Below, piece after piece: positions 43,701 through 57,813 of a stretch of DNA of 64,000 nucleotides (its first letter is position 1; every line of letters begins with the position of its first letter). Origin of the DNA: Lingula anatina (Eukaryota > Animalia > Brachiopoda). A model generated the notes under the pieces. The model searched no databases. It saw only the letters and a program-made list of their open reading frames with translations, and was not told where the DNA came from. The stretch is taken from NCBI GenBank assembly GCA_051362555.1, contig CM120640.1:41952788-42016787 (forward strand), in the 5' to 3' direction. Position numbers and translations under genes: made by a program.

Positions 43701-46573
43701 AATTATCATTCTCAGACTGGAGCAGACCGTAGCCGGTAATGTGTAAATATATATATACTTCAGAGCAGTGTTAACGTCAACTTTGATAAAAGAATTTTAA
43801 AAGACCCACAGGTACGTTTTTGTGGGTCACAAATGCGTGTGTGGTGCTCTACTGCAACGAGAGCCCATATTGAATGTTAAAAATATTTATTATCATCACA
43901 TAATTTGGGCTCACTTAAGCAAGTAACATTAACCTATTCATATAGTACACAGCAGTGTAAATTTCACCTTTATCTAAACCATACGTAAAAAATACCAGAC
44001 CTAAAACGATGTCAGTGAGTTGAAAAAATTGGAGAGGAATTGCGTCATTTTAATTCAAGACACCATTGAAGGTTTCATTATTGCCGCGTCTCAGGCTAAT
44101 TTCTCACATAGAGAGAAAAGTTTGACACTAAAAATATTTTCCAATCAGTTCATAGCTGAAAACAAGTATACTACACTACAATTGTACAATTTTGAATGCT
44201 CATTTTACGGCAACAAACAAGATTGCCTTTACCACAAAGGGTTTTTTGAATTCCTACATGAATAAACATATCAAATTCTCACATAGTTTCCAAATTGACA
44301 GAACAAATTGTACTTATACTTAATCTCTATAATTTTATTGGCTCATCCACCTGAAAGATTGACTCACGTTATCGCGAACTACCTGCCCAAATGACACAAA
44401 AAGTCATCGACAACTGCGATATGCTCGCTACCTGTACGGAAGGTTGCGTGATCAGAAAGCACATGGTTTCGCGAAGAGCTCACGTTAAGCCGATTATCCT
44501 TTGATCTTGCTCCGCGTTTCACATCCTTCTCTCATTATGTCCATGATAAATGCTTACATTGTACTGAACCAAGTTCCAAGCAGCACCAATGGTGTTGTTG
44601 GTCATGTATTTATTCTTGATAGATGTCACCATATACGCCTTCAACTGGGTCTCAACCTGAAAAATATCAACATATTCTCATGTTAAATCATATAGCTGCT
44701 CAATTCAGTTACAGTGCTCTTCACTTTCTATATTCAGAAAATATGCAGCATTAGCCGAGGAAAATATCAGTCAGTGACTCGGTGACCTCAATAGGAATCA
44801 TCTGAGATAGCCAAAAATCTCACCACTTAGCATAACATCTAGGGAGATTTCACAGGACTTGGAAGAAAATGGGGTCAGAAATTATGGCAGACTATGGGAA
44901 ATGCAGTGGGGCAACAGTTAAAAGTTGGAAGAATATACTCATGGGAACTTTTTGGTTGTTTTCTCTTATATCCTCAAGCATTATCTGTTTTTGCACAATA
45001 ATATGCATTCACCATGTTTTGCCCATTTATTTTGTGTTGTTTTTGAAGATGGCATTTCTAGCACATCAAAGTTTCATCCTTATTGGAGAAAGGTTAGCCC
45101 TACCTTATATAGATCCCCACATATTAAAACCTCATATAATACCCTTCCTCAGATGATTTTCATTTAAACTTAAAGCAGAGCAAGTTACCAGTAAATGCGT
45201 CAAAAGCAAATAATAGGGCTTATGTGACAGACATATCAATAAAATGACTTACATCTGCTAAAAAGTTTAAAAATTAATTAAAAAAAAAAAAGACAAAAGA
45301 GTGAGAGAAAAAAAGAGAAAGTTGTAACTGTACCTTGTCTTTGTATGCAACTGCCAAAATGCCAGCAGCTAATTCAACAGCCATGATCAATACCATGAAG
45401 AAAATATACTGAAAGAAGGATTGGGGCACTTAATATAAATTTATTTTCAAGACTACACTAATCAGTACAGAGAATACTGTTTATTCAATTATGTCATGTG
45501 GAATAATTTCTTAAGGGGGGGGGGTGAAAAAATAGAAGTTTTGCATTCTGTCATGAACTTTGCCCATTAACATCTCTTTTATCTAATGTCATCTCAGCAT
45601 TTTCTGGAATGTAACACAATTTGGTCTATTGTTGGCAGGAATGAAAAAATGTTCGAGTGCTGCTATACATCTGGAAGAATACTAAATTTTAACTCATTGG
45701 ACACTGAATTTCAGAAAACCTTGATGCTAAAAATGAAAAATGTAGTTTAAGTTCCATGTAATTGGCATTTGACAATTTTTCTATATATGTCTAATACTAT
45801 ATTACAAATCAATTATTATTATATACCTACCATGCCTAGCATGAATTTACTCTCTCTAAGTGCTCCACAGCAGCCACAGAATCCCACTAGGAATACAAAG
45901 GCTCCAGCAGCAATAAGGGCATAGGCAGCATACTCTAGCATTGGGTCCTCAGAGTCTATGCTGACTACCTGCTGGTACTTGAGAATAGATGGATCAATTC
46001 TGAGCCAGATACCAACTCCCAAAACTGCTGCTCCAGACAACTAAAATGAGAGAATCATTTGCAATTATCACAGTCAGATATTAGTTGTCTAATACACGTA
46101 GGCATCTAACCCCAGTCATCATTTTAATAGACTGGCACTGAAAGGGAGCAAATTCATAATTGTTTATAAAACATTACTACCTCAGCTATCAAAAAAATGG
46201 CTTTATTGATAGTTCATCTATTGCTTCATGCTGCACTTCTATTGCTACATGCTGTACTATTCCCATTAACTTTTGTCTTACTTTTGGGTATTCAAATGCT
46301 GATATTCTCAATAAATCAGTAATGCATTAATAAACTGATATGTTTTGTACACAATAACATTCTTCATTCCAGGCTATAAATTTTATCATACAATGTATGA
46401 AGTTGCAGTTATTTCAAAACATTATCTATTACAAACATCTGCTGATAGTTATTATGTAACAGAATTTGCCACAAAGTTCCTCAAAAACAAACCTCTGAAC
46501 AAACAGTTTTTAAAGATTTCCAAATTACTTAAAAAGTATTATCAAAAAATTGTTTCATATAAACAAGGCAAAA

Positions 46574-46625
<52 letters not shown>

Positions 46626-49601
46626 GCCATTCCGTGGTATTATGTCCGCAGACGTCAAAATTTGAAAAAGGAATCCTACTTATAAAACTTATAATTTCTG
46701 AAACCAGACACCATAAGACATCAGAATCCAAAAGAAATTTTAGGTTCTGATGATTAATTATGATTTTATTGACACTTTTATCTGGAAAACTTATAAAATA
46801 GTGTCACGGAAGGACATTTTTATTTTTGATATATTTTTCATAATAGAGATCATTTTAAACAATAAAGGCTAAATACATTAAATATAACTTATTTCTTACA
46901 TTTAGTCAAGTGCATTAGATTAAAAAAATATTTGATTATAAAATAATGGATTAATTAATATCAATTTGTCCTTCCGAGATGATTTTGGTACCTATTTTTT
47001 AAGTTTTCTCAGTAACTACAAAAGCTAAAAACTTATAACTTCATATTCTCCTCAACCATGATAGGGGCCAACAAAATATGAAAACATTTTTGCTTAGAAC
47101 CACTTCAATAAGAAATTAAATCCAAATATATAAGCATTAAACATGACACCTAGCACAGTGGAAGCACGTATGAGGCATTTTGATTGGACCATAACAGGTC
47201 ATGTGACCAATGAGCCCTAAACCCTTATGTCTTTCAAGATAATCTTGAACTTAAAATTCACAATTTTTATATATATAAGCATTTTTAAACTGAGAAACAT
47301 TTCATTTGAATGAATAATTTTGAAGTTATTATAATTTAGACAATTGTTTATATTTATAGTTAATAGATTTGGTAAGATTTTCTCTAAAAATGTCTCAATA
47401 TTATTTAAAGATGATCAGAGTAGATGAGAACTTTTATAATAGTCAAAATTAGTAACATGTTTGAAGAAGAAATACATTACCATAGAAGGACATGTTTACC
47501 TTTGACATTATTCATCAAACTTATGCTGGTATGTATTCATAAAATATTTTTATTAGCCTTATTTTACATTTTATTTAGCAATGGACAAAACGTCCTTCCG
47601 AGATGCGTCCTTCCATGACGCCTACTTGATTTTTTTATATGCAAAATTTTCAAATTTATTATTTTTTTTCCAAAAACATTTTTATACACTGAGAAAGTGA
47701 AATAATCAAATATTCATATTTTGATTTTACTTTAAAAATATATACACAGACAGAGCAGAATTTTAGTGTTGAAGTTGAAAGTTAAAATTCCATGTCCATT
47801 TCACGTCCTTCCGAGATGCTAACTATTTATTATAATTTTTTCATAACTATAATTTTTTTAAACCTAATTTTTTGCCTAATTATAACTTACATATAGAAGA
47901 ATAAACATACAAAAAATGGACCTTGTAACTTTTTTACTTTTGAAAATATTTTCATTTGAAGTGTCAAATGTCCTTCCGTAACAGCAAAAAAATACCACGG
48001 AATGGCCCATATATATAATTTTCTAAACTGTCTGTCAGGATCTGTTTACTAGTATTTAAACTTCTTACCCTTTAATTAAACCACAAGTACTGTACAAATG
48101 CCTCAGTTACCAACCAACACATCTGACAAAGTGTGATAAAAGTTAAATTAAGATGTGTCCTTATCTCCACAGTGGACCATACTGCAACAAATTAATTTTA
48201 AAGAAACGGCAGACAAATATAGATGTAGTTAATCCCTCCCCTACACCAGTCCTCTTGAGAAAAAAAAGTTAAATATTTTCTAAAGACCCCTTCTTTCACC
48301 TTGATTCTCACAGATCTGTATTTCACCAGTAAACGGATTCCCTCACTATACATGCACCTGACATGTTCACAACCCTGTGTGCAAATGCAAAGACCCTTCT
48401 ATCAGGTGAATTAATTAGCAATTTATGCCGTAAACAAAAACCACATTTAAAATGATTCTGTTAACACTGAAATCAATGCCTCAAATATTGAAGCGGAGTC
48501 TAACCCATCAGCTTGTTGTGCATACACTTTATGTTTTTCATTGATGCTTCATAAATTCTTTGACCTCTGCAAAATGACAGCGAAGACTAAACACCTTTTT
48601 TTCATTAAGCATATATATGAATGCACTTTATCATTAAAAGTGAAGAGGGACTTGGCAAGGAGCTAAAGTACTCTTCACCCCACAGGTAGTGCACAAAATG
48701 TCATGTTAAATGTGGAATAAATGAAGTCGGTAAGATTTCCAATAATCCTGTTTTTTCAAAGTTAAATTGTGCTTCAACAGAAAGCACACAAATGTTTGCC
48801 TCATTAACTTCAGGTATCTACTAATACATATATAGATATGGACAGATAACACAAAAATACTGGAGATATTGCCAGGTTTATGTGAATTCCTGTGTGCCAC
48901 AAACAGCTGTTAACAGTTCAACATGTTTCCAGAGGGCTGGCAGTACAGCAATATTACACTTCACATATCACCCTCTCCATGATCTACAGCTCAATATTTA
49001 CCTGGTCAAAACAGATTGCAATGGTTATGGGGTGATCAATGCAACAGCAAAGTTCATAGTCATAAAAAAGCATCCACTATGATGAGTTAAAAACAAACAA
49101 GGTTCACTTCTTGGCTATACATTTTGGGACTCCTCATTAACACAACAATATTTACTAGTACTAGTACCTTGTTACTTAATTTTGTATCTCAATAGTTTCA
49201 GAGCTATATGCAAAGATTATTGTCATTTTCATGCATCAGCTAATATATATATGCTTCTGATCAACGACATAAGGTTTAAATACACAGGGTAATTTGATAC
49301 CAATATCTGCCGCAAAATCCTCATAATAAAAAATTAACACAATTTAAGTAACATGACATTTTGTATTCTATAATATAGACTTCGAGATACCATTAATGTA
49401 GACTTTCATAGCGATAGTCATTCAATTTTTTAATCAGTGTGGCAGCACCTTAACTACATGCAAATCTAATCTAAGACCCTTATAGAGTGTGTAAATGTAT
49501 TCCTAACTGTGTCAAAATATTAGGCAACAACTTACCCAAAAGATAGTGTTAAACACTATCAACATAAACTTTGCACACTTGGCTCCACAACCTACAGCCA
49601 T
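40709..49601 (-). CDS. Tetraspanin (261 aa, 6-Cys large extracellular loop)
   Basis: Exons (minus) 49536-49601, 45831-46040, 45334-45408, 44558-44656, 42564-42629, 41911-42039, 41097-41180, 40709-40765 (786 nt). MAVGCGAKCAKFMLIVFNTIFW...GFCGCCGALRES...ECCG...PTCC...GCYEAV...LFGFIFAICLCRGIGDED*: four TM segments with CCG, PxCC and GC motifs. Confidence 0.94.
41255..41530 (+). mobile_element. RTE-clade LINE 3' fragment (frameshifted)
   Basis: RRMAGVSLRDRKASEEL...RLRW / RMSEDNWVKRVIKFEMEGRRPPGRPRLTWREVV matches the RTE C-terminal RLRWxGH...GRRxxGRP motif. Confidence 0.8.
42833..44545. mobile_element. Non-autonomous P-superfamily-like DNA transposon
   Basis: ~34-bp TIR CATGGACATAATGAGAGGAGGACGTGAAACGCGG / CCGCGTTTCACATCCTTCTCTCATTATGTCCATG; 7-bp TSD ATAAATG (42826-32, 44546-52); internal ~188-bp tandem duplication (43513, 43701). 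Confidence 0.8.
46579..46622. repeat. (TA)n microsatellite
   Basis: Seen directly; abuts the left TIR of the next element. Confidence 0.9.
46623..48009. mobile_element. Non-autonomous TIR DNA transposon inserted in (TA)n
   Basis: 19-bp perfect TIR TGGGCCATTCCGTGGTATT / AATACCACGGAATGGCCCA; TA repeats on both flanks; internal GTCCTTCCG motif at ~46806 (reverse), 46968, 47592, 47805, 47970. Superfamily not assigned. Confidence 0.82.
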
Positions 49602-50875
49602 TTTTACCAGTTGAATGCAGCACTTATTTCTTCTTCACCTGAAATGAGAATCAATATGACATTGTCAAATGTTACAAATTTCCCAGCAGCACTTTATCAC
49701 ATACATAATGATGATGATAGAGAATCATAAATGAATTGCAGTCAGCTGCATTAATATGACTTAAATTAACACAACAACAATGCTGACTTTGTGGCAAAGC
49801 CCATTCCCACAGATATCTTCCTGGATCGGCCCAACTCTGCAGGGATTTTCGTTGAGTGCAATCAGCTTAAATGAACGACACGCCTCCACTTGTTTCCAAC
49901 GTATTCTTATAATCATCAAACCTTCTCCATTCTACTCAACATCAGGCAGAGGGGTTAATCTGTTAAACTGACTGCATTCAGCAAGTCCCGACCAAGTGTC
50001 TATAGGAATGGGGCCTAAGCATCCATCATGGGCAAATAACTGCATATAGTCTTTCAGCTTACTGGCCATTCGAACCACCACTTTCCTAAAAAGTAGTAAT
50101 TCGAATCTGGATTCACTGGTCTGAATAAAAATTTCAATAAGACTAGATATTTTTCCCTATTGCAGTAATATTAGATTTTGCCAAATTTTCATATTTATGG
50201 TGGGCAACTAAATTCACACATTCTAAAAAATTTACTGGTCCAAACAAAATTTTATTGGCCGTGGGCATAGGACCGGTGGCTAATGCCACAGTCTGAAGAA
50301 TTATGAGGTAAAAGATTAGAAACATTTCAAATACAAAAACAAAAATATTCATCACCAGATTATAGATATATGAGCTGTTCATTCAATGTAATTTTTAATC
50401 AGTTATCATATGGTGCTGTCTGACAGGGCTCCCAATAACTGCCCAGTATAAAACCTACAAGATATATGATTTTAATCATAAAAGACTTATTAAAAGACAG
50501 CTTAATTCCTAAGTAAGCACCATGTCATGTTCCAATTCACTGTTCAGTTGTTGTTGTAACAAAAGCCACACCTGAAACAGAACTCCTACATATGGGTGTG
50601 GCAGAAGACAGTTTCATCATTGTATGACCTGCTACAAGTCAAAAGGATAACTTACCTACTAGTAATTTATATATAAACATACCTAGTACAATTTGACAAA
50701 AATTCCAAAAAATTTTCAGCATCAACTTCACAAATAAATCTTGATTCTTTACACCTACTTAATTATATGGTTATGGCCTTCCTTTCTAAAATCAAATAAG
50801 CTTTGCCAAAAGGCAAACAAGCTTTGACTGCGTGTTGTAGAATGTTTACGACCTCACCAAACTGGATAAACATGG

Positions 50876-50907
<32 letters not shown>

Positions 50908-52362
50908 TGATCAGACTCATTACTAGTACATAAAGATCACTGAAATAGACTTCTTCAGCAAAAATAGTTGCTTTACTGGCATGTATTAAATGCTGAACCT
51001 GCATGTATGTGCACCTCAAACCAGCATATATATATGACACCTGAAGACATATTTATCATATAGATTTATATGAACATCAAACAATAAATAAATCATGGCA
51101 GTTTAGTGTCAATCAAAAGCTCTCATCTGGAATGAAATTCTGCCTACACATACCTTTTATAATCAAAATATGAACACTATTATGATCCTTATGAAAACAG
51201 AGGCAACCCTGGCTCTAGGAACAACCCTTCAGACAACACATATATCTTTGCTTTCTGTGAAACCAAGCAGCATTTATATTTATGCAGTATATATATACAT
51301 TCATATACATGGACTTACTATTTGATCCTAAAGAAAATGCAATGACAAGGAATTTCTAAGCACTATTCAAGTGTTAAACATTTACCCAAACTTGGCAGCA
51401 CTCAAAAGCACTTGAAATTAAGATAAACACCCAATCCTAATCCTTATCTAATCAATGTTGACAATAATATCAAAATGTACAAGCTCACATAAATTCAATT
51501 ATCACCAACATTCTACAATCATTAACATTCTTTGAAAGCATAAATTTTGATCTCGTCAACAAGTTACTTGGAAGATCTTAGAACACAACCTTGCTGATGT
51601 TAAAATGTTAAAACAATGAAGTTATATCATCATTATTTTCCCAGGATATTGTCCCTAGCACTACTTAGTTGCATATTTCATATACTCACTCTTTTCTCAC
51701 AATGTGCTAGAAGAGGAAAGGTATAGATGCCTTAGTCCATTATTTAAAATTTGAAAATAAATAATAAGGAATGTGGATAAATATATATCACTTAATTGAC
51801 AAATATATGCATGGCTGTTATAATATCAAAAATTTATTGCACTTAATCACATCTTATCTTATTTATTTATTTTTGTTGTTATTATTATTATCACTTCCAA
51901 TTTATGGGAAATATTGAAAGGACCCAAGGCAAACTACGATAAAAGGCCCGGCTAGTTTGTGAGAATAAAGAATGAACCACACCCAGCGTCCGCTCCGGTG
52001 GAGGCCAAATTCAATTCGACGACTTACGTTATTCAAATAAAAAGGTCTTTCGAAAATGAATATGTTGGCAGCAATTAACAGTAGTAATCCTCATTAATGC
52101 CACAGCAAAGAGACAAGAAACTATATTAAATTCATCCATGAAACAATATCATATCCATAAGAACTCACTGGTTTTGAAGCTGCTTCCCGACAACTGGAGC
52201 TCGGAAGATTATATCAAGCAGAACAAATCTTAAACTGAAGAAGTATCTAAAACATTTGCTTAAGGCTATATCGTATCTTGTTTAAATCATAGGACAATCA
52301 GTTTATCGTTTAAATTTCAACAATTTTCCAGTTAAAATACATAACTTATCCAACAAACTCAC

Positions 52363-52924
52363 CACTGTGTAATAACCTGTTGATGCTTTCTTCTTCCAGG
52401 GCGGGTCACGGTCTCGTTTTCACACCTAAAATCATGTGACGCCGTACAAACGTATATAATGGAAGGCGTGGCACTCGTGGGAGTACCAAGACAGAGTCAT
52501 CACCGCTTTCTTTACTAATTTAATCCCTCCGAAAATATGTTGACAGTTCAATCTAACTCAATACTTTCCTTTCTTCACCGATGAGAAACCGCCCTATAAC
52601 TCATGAAAATTGTTGTGCGTGCGGCGTTTGCCGGGGTGCAGAGAAGGTGGGAGGAGGGGGGAGCTCATAAAGATCAAACACACAACAGGTAAAAGTGGAT
52701 TGAACATGTTAAGCGTTGTTTTTGTTAGGATAAACGTCTAGATGTAAGTTACTTAGGCTGGCTCGGAATGTGGACTTCACAAGGAAACAACGTTATTAGA
52801 ATATCATATCTACGTGACGTCAAAAGTCACGGTGTGCTTCGTTGTCAATGCATTGACGTAATAATTTTGTCTAAGTTCAAAGGCGTTAGCAACAGACAGA
52901 AAAGAGAACGATGGAAATAGTAAA
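52363..52924. promoter_or_regulatory. Probable bidirectional promoter between the tetraspanin and FAM187A-like genes
   Basis: Minus-strand GTGAGT donor at 52362 (likely non-coding first exon of the tetraspanin), locally CpG-richer sequence, plus-strand ATG at 52925. Confidence 0.45.
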
Positions 52925-55900
52925 ATGAATTTTGCTTTAACTTTTCTTTTATTTTTAAGCGTTGCACCAAAAAGAGGTAATATTAATTTTTTTCGTGTTA
53001 AAATCGAATTCAAATACTCATTACTCGCCTGTTTGATATAATTCATATTTTGACGTAGGCCTAAATTCAGGCTAGATTTCTCAGCTGCAGATTTCTTTGT
53101 CTGTTCACGTAGGCCCTACCTAACGGTCATAATGTGTAAAAATAGTTTCTTTTATCTCATAGTATGACAGCCGGAATGACAAGCCGTTGCGCTTAAACTT
53201 TGCTATCTGCCATGTAAAATCATCAAATATTAACTAGATTGATATTAAAAACAAAACACCAATTCTAGTGCCAGTGTCTGGGTACAAACTCACCATACGG
53301 GTATCTGATGAGGAAAGAAAGGAAGAATGGGTGTACGAAAATAACTTTCCCTACTTTGAAACGCCTAATCATGGACGCAACATGCATACAAGCACTCTGA
53401 AATCAGGTAAATATTAAAGGAAATGTCAAAATAATGCACACCAGAAAAGAACTTGTCATATATTCATCTAGCATCCCACTCATCATAAGATCTTACGTGG
53501 CTTACACAAATCGTCTTAGGGGCCTACTGCATAGGCCTATAGTTATGGTCGTCACAATTTTACACGCAGATCTAGATCTAAAATTTCTAAGGCATCAGCC
53601 GGATGATTAGGCCTTCCAGACCAAAAAAAGCATGTCATTAAGAAGAAATGTGAAATATTTTAACGATTTATTTTCATTTCTTCTTTTTAAAAATATGGTT
53701 CAGGACTTTTATTTGGTGGTCATCCGTCCCATTTTATTGCAAAAAGAGACGTAATGTCCCACAAAGGTAGGTGACAAATAACATAGACTAACGATCTAAC
53801 GATATTATATACATTCTGCAATACAGTCCTTTCATTTTTCTTTAGTCTTCCTTTATCTATCTTATATACTTTGCCTTAACCATTTTCTCATCACCATTAC
53901 ACTCAAACAAAATAGATCGCGCTTTTAAGTTAAAATCTGTTATACGAATGCCCAATTCTTTACCTTTTATTAAACGCACTATAAGTATATTTTAGCGCCT
54001 CTTATTTATTTCAGAAGATAATGGATATTGCTTAGATAGAATCTCTATATCGAAGGAATTGCACAGCAGCCCTTTACAAAAAGCTATCATAGTGGAGTTG
54101 GGAATGGAAGCAAAAATGCTTTGTCACTTTTGGTAAGAGGGTGGGTGGGCGGGCGGACAGAGCTTATGCCAAAGAAATATTTCTAGATATACTTCATGGG
54201 AGTAATAATGCAAATTGACAAACACAAAGTTACATATCAAAATATATTTGGTCATTAAAGTTTTGTTTAATATAAGGACATTTCTACGACATAAACGATA
54301 CGAAGACCAGGTTTGAAAAATAAGCAAATAAAAAAATAAAGTTACACTGATCTAAACTGTAATGAATGATAAATAAATGAATGAATGATATTTCGCCTTA
54401 AACGAAAAATATTTTGGGGGAATATTTTAAACACTTTTCGAGATATGTTTCTTTCTCCAGTGACGAGTCGACTCAGAGAGCGGAGTCTCCTAGAGTCTGG
54501 CACCGCGTCGTTAGCGCAGAACCTTGGGATATGAAAAGCCGCAGCCTGAAGACAGAAGAAGTAGAGATAGACGTGCACGACGATGAAACTGCGAATCGCG
54601 TTGTGGTAACACCAGAGCATAGCTTGATCATTAAAAGAATGGAAAGAGGTAGATGCCCACGAACATGCGTGGCTTTTTCGGTACCACCTTTCCTGCATCT
54701 GTCAATTTTTGTTTAGTTTTAAATGTGAAATTTTCAGAATTCTTGAAAAGCAATGTATCTATTCTCAGGGTCATTGAAACTTTTTAAAGATTCAGTGACC
54801 CTGAGGATAGATAATACTTTTAAAAAAAGTTATGCATAGACTCTCTGTGTAATAGCACTTTTTCTCTCTTTCTTATCATTATTCCTTTATTAATTATATT
54901 TTAAATGAAGATTTTAAACTTCTTAAATTCTGTTTCACAGCTGATGCAGGGACGTATTATTGCGAGACTTTCACTGAGAAATTCAATGATGACATTCAAA
55001 TGTCACCTGATGACAATGGCGAGTCTCTGCACATCAAAGGTTATAAAGTGAAAGCCGTCTATCATTTGGATTGTAAGTGAATGATTCAACCATACACGTT
55101 TTAGAATCAGATAATATTCGATCGCGTGTTTTTTTATTTCGAAACAGGGAGATGTTGTATAAAGAGGGGGCTATGTTTTATTTTTCTATTTCATATATGG
55201 CATGTTGATAAAATCTCTCAAGTTTTAAATCATTTTTCATTGAAACTTATCACAATCTCAGCAAAGAGGTGGAAAAGGGTGATTTTTTTGCGACAGTACA
55301 TATTGAAGTTGATTGATCAGCATTAATTGATTTAAAATTTGCCATGTAGAAGAAAGATATGGTTAAAAACATCGAAATTCGAGGCAATGTACTGAGAAAC
55401 GAACAACCTTAAGGAAGTGACATGTAAATCGTGTTCGGGTTTATTTTTAATTAATTGATTAATGAATAAGTGAATAAATAGGGTGAATGACAGGACACTC
55501 GGGGGACTAAAGAGGCGAACTATTAGCATGAAATATCTCACTCAAATTATATTTTAGTTGTGGATTTTGATATTTTCCCTTTATGCCTAACGCCTTCATC
55601 TCATTTTCCACTTGCAAACAAGTCTAGATAAATGAAAAAAGGTAAAAATTGACTGGAACTTTTTTCATCTCGAAGGGGTGAATGGTCAATCTCGCAATTT
55701 TTGAACCTCCGCGAGTGATCTTGAATTTCAATGTATTTCATACAGCAAATGCAGATTAAAGGTATCAAACATAGCATATAATTCTAACAATCGCAGTCTA
55801 TCACAATGTTATTTAAAGTTATTTTAAAAAGCTGCAGGCCAAGATCAGAACAACTTTAAACCAGCCCAAATGAACGCCAAGCCTTGCATCTTAAACTTCG

Positions 55901-57758
55901 AGTAAAGACAAATAATTTTTTGTTGCAGATTTCGCTGAAAACAAAAACAACATACAAATAGGTAAGAATCATAATTAAATAATACACGTACATTGTAGAA
56001 TCTAGGTGAAGAGCGTGAATAAAATATCCAGATTATAATAATAGAATGTTATTTTCTGTTTCCTCGAGTCTGGAATAGCATTTACGTCATGATCACCCTA
56101 ATATGATATCGCCGATCGTTTTGAATTTCAGTGTCTCGAGATAAGGACGTCTTTTCACTTCCTAATATACCAATTGTTAACAGTAAGTCATTTATCATTA
56201 TAGCTGATATATTTCCACATTTGTAAATTTTGTATTATGAATAGATTGTGTGTAGATTACATTGCGTTCTTATGAACGTTGCAAGGGCGATCCACCATAT
56301 TTCCCTAATCAGGCAATTCAATTCCGACACCTCTTAATAATTATAAAGAATGGGGAAAATTTATCGGGGGCTTAAATAAGTACCAAATTAGAGCACCTTT
56401 TTTTGTAAATGTACGGGAGGGGGGGCAAAAATAAAAACCGCTGCACTTGAGCTGTAAGTGACATTAAGATAACCCTGGTTTTGTGGAAGAAAAAAAAAAA
56501 AGAAAAAAAAAAGAAAAAAAAAAAGAAATGTCAGTCTCAATGGTTTGACGTTGGTTTTCTCCTCCGTTATTTTGAATCTTGCGGATATCCTGGGGTAATG
56601 ATTAGACTATCTGAAATGGATTGCTATAATTATTTTTACAATTTCAGTAACAGGAAACTATGTTACATTCACATCTTGGGCAAAATGGTCTGAGTGCAGT
56701 ACATGTGGCAGACACGGAGAAAGAAAGAGAATAGGTGAAGAATAAGAGTCCATTTATCTCTTTTTTTACGAATTATGATTAATTATAAATACTAAAAATA
56801 CTTAGTCAAACGCTTTGTCGAATGCAACTGTTTGATACTCCACCCAGCAAAATTAACAAATTAAAGTAAGATAATAAGTCCTTTAATTGAATTATTGAGG
56901 ATAGGTCAGGTGTGAATTAGTAAAATGCATCTTTGAAATTTAGGAGTTTGAACTCTCATTTGTGACATCTCCTCTTACCCGTTTCGTTACCGGTGTTCGA
57001 CCAAAGCGCTATACTATATATTCCATCGGAATAACTTTTCCCAGTTATTTACAATGTAATGGCCTTTGTGTTGCAGGTATTTGCAAAGTTAAGATAAGTG
57101 TACCGGAAAAACCAGTATTTCCCAAGTTTCTTGGACATATTCTGCGTTTGTACTCCGACGGGGCACCATGCCACTCATCGATGTTTTCCGAATTACCGGA
57201 TATCTTTGACAGACAGGATGAAATGGAGTGGGGGAGATGTACGCTGCCCTGCAGAAAAAGTAATTTTCAAACTAATTTTGCAACACATTTTGATTTAAAA
57301 TTTTCAACTGACGAAAATCATCAGAAACGCCATTTGCCATTTTTTTCATTGTTAAACAGGGATCAATTGAGACGAAAGTAAAAAAAAAAAAGAAAAAAAG
57401 CATATTCATGGTAAAATATGGATACATGATTGATGTGTGTAAGGGGAAAATGATTGACCAATAGGCTGTGCGTTTTTTAACCTTTAATACAGGTGTTGCC
57501 AAGAGACAAACACATGAAATAAAACATAAAAGATCATTTTATGGAGATAACTTCAAATATAAGGAGAGAGAGCAGAAAGAAAGTGGTGAAGAGACTGAAG
57601 TTAATGCCAAAGAAGTAAAAACGTCTCACTCCAGTAAGTAGACCTTTTGCTCTTTGTACCATGTACTTTTGAGAAGTTTCAATAATCAAATGTATGTAAT
57701 AATATATAAAATCAAGAAGGAAAGCTAAATTGGGATGTGTGTACATGTAAATGCATGC

Positions 57759-57813
<55 letters not shown>

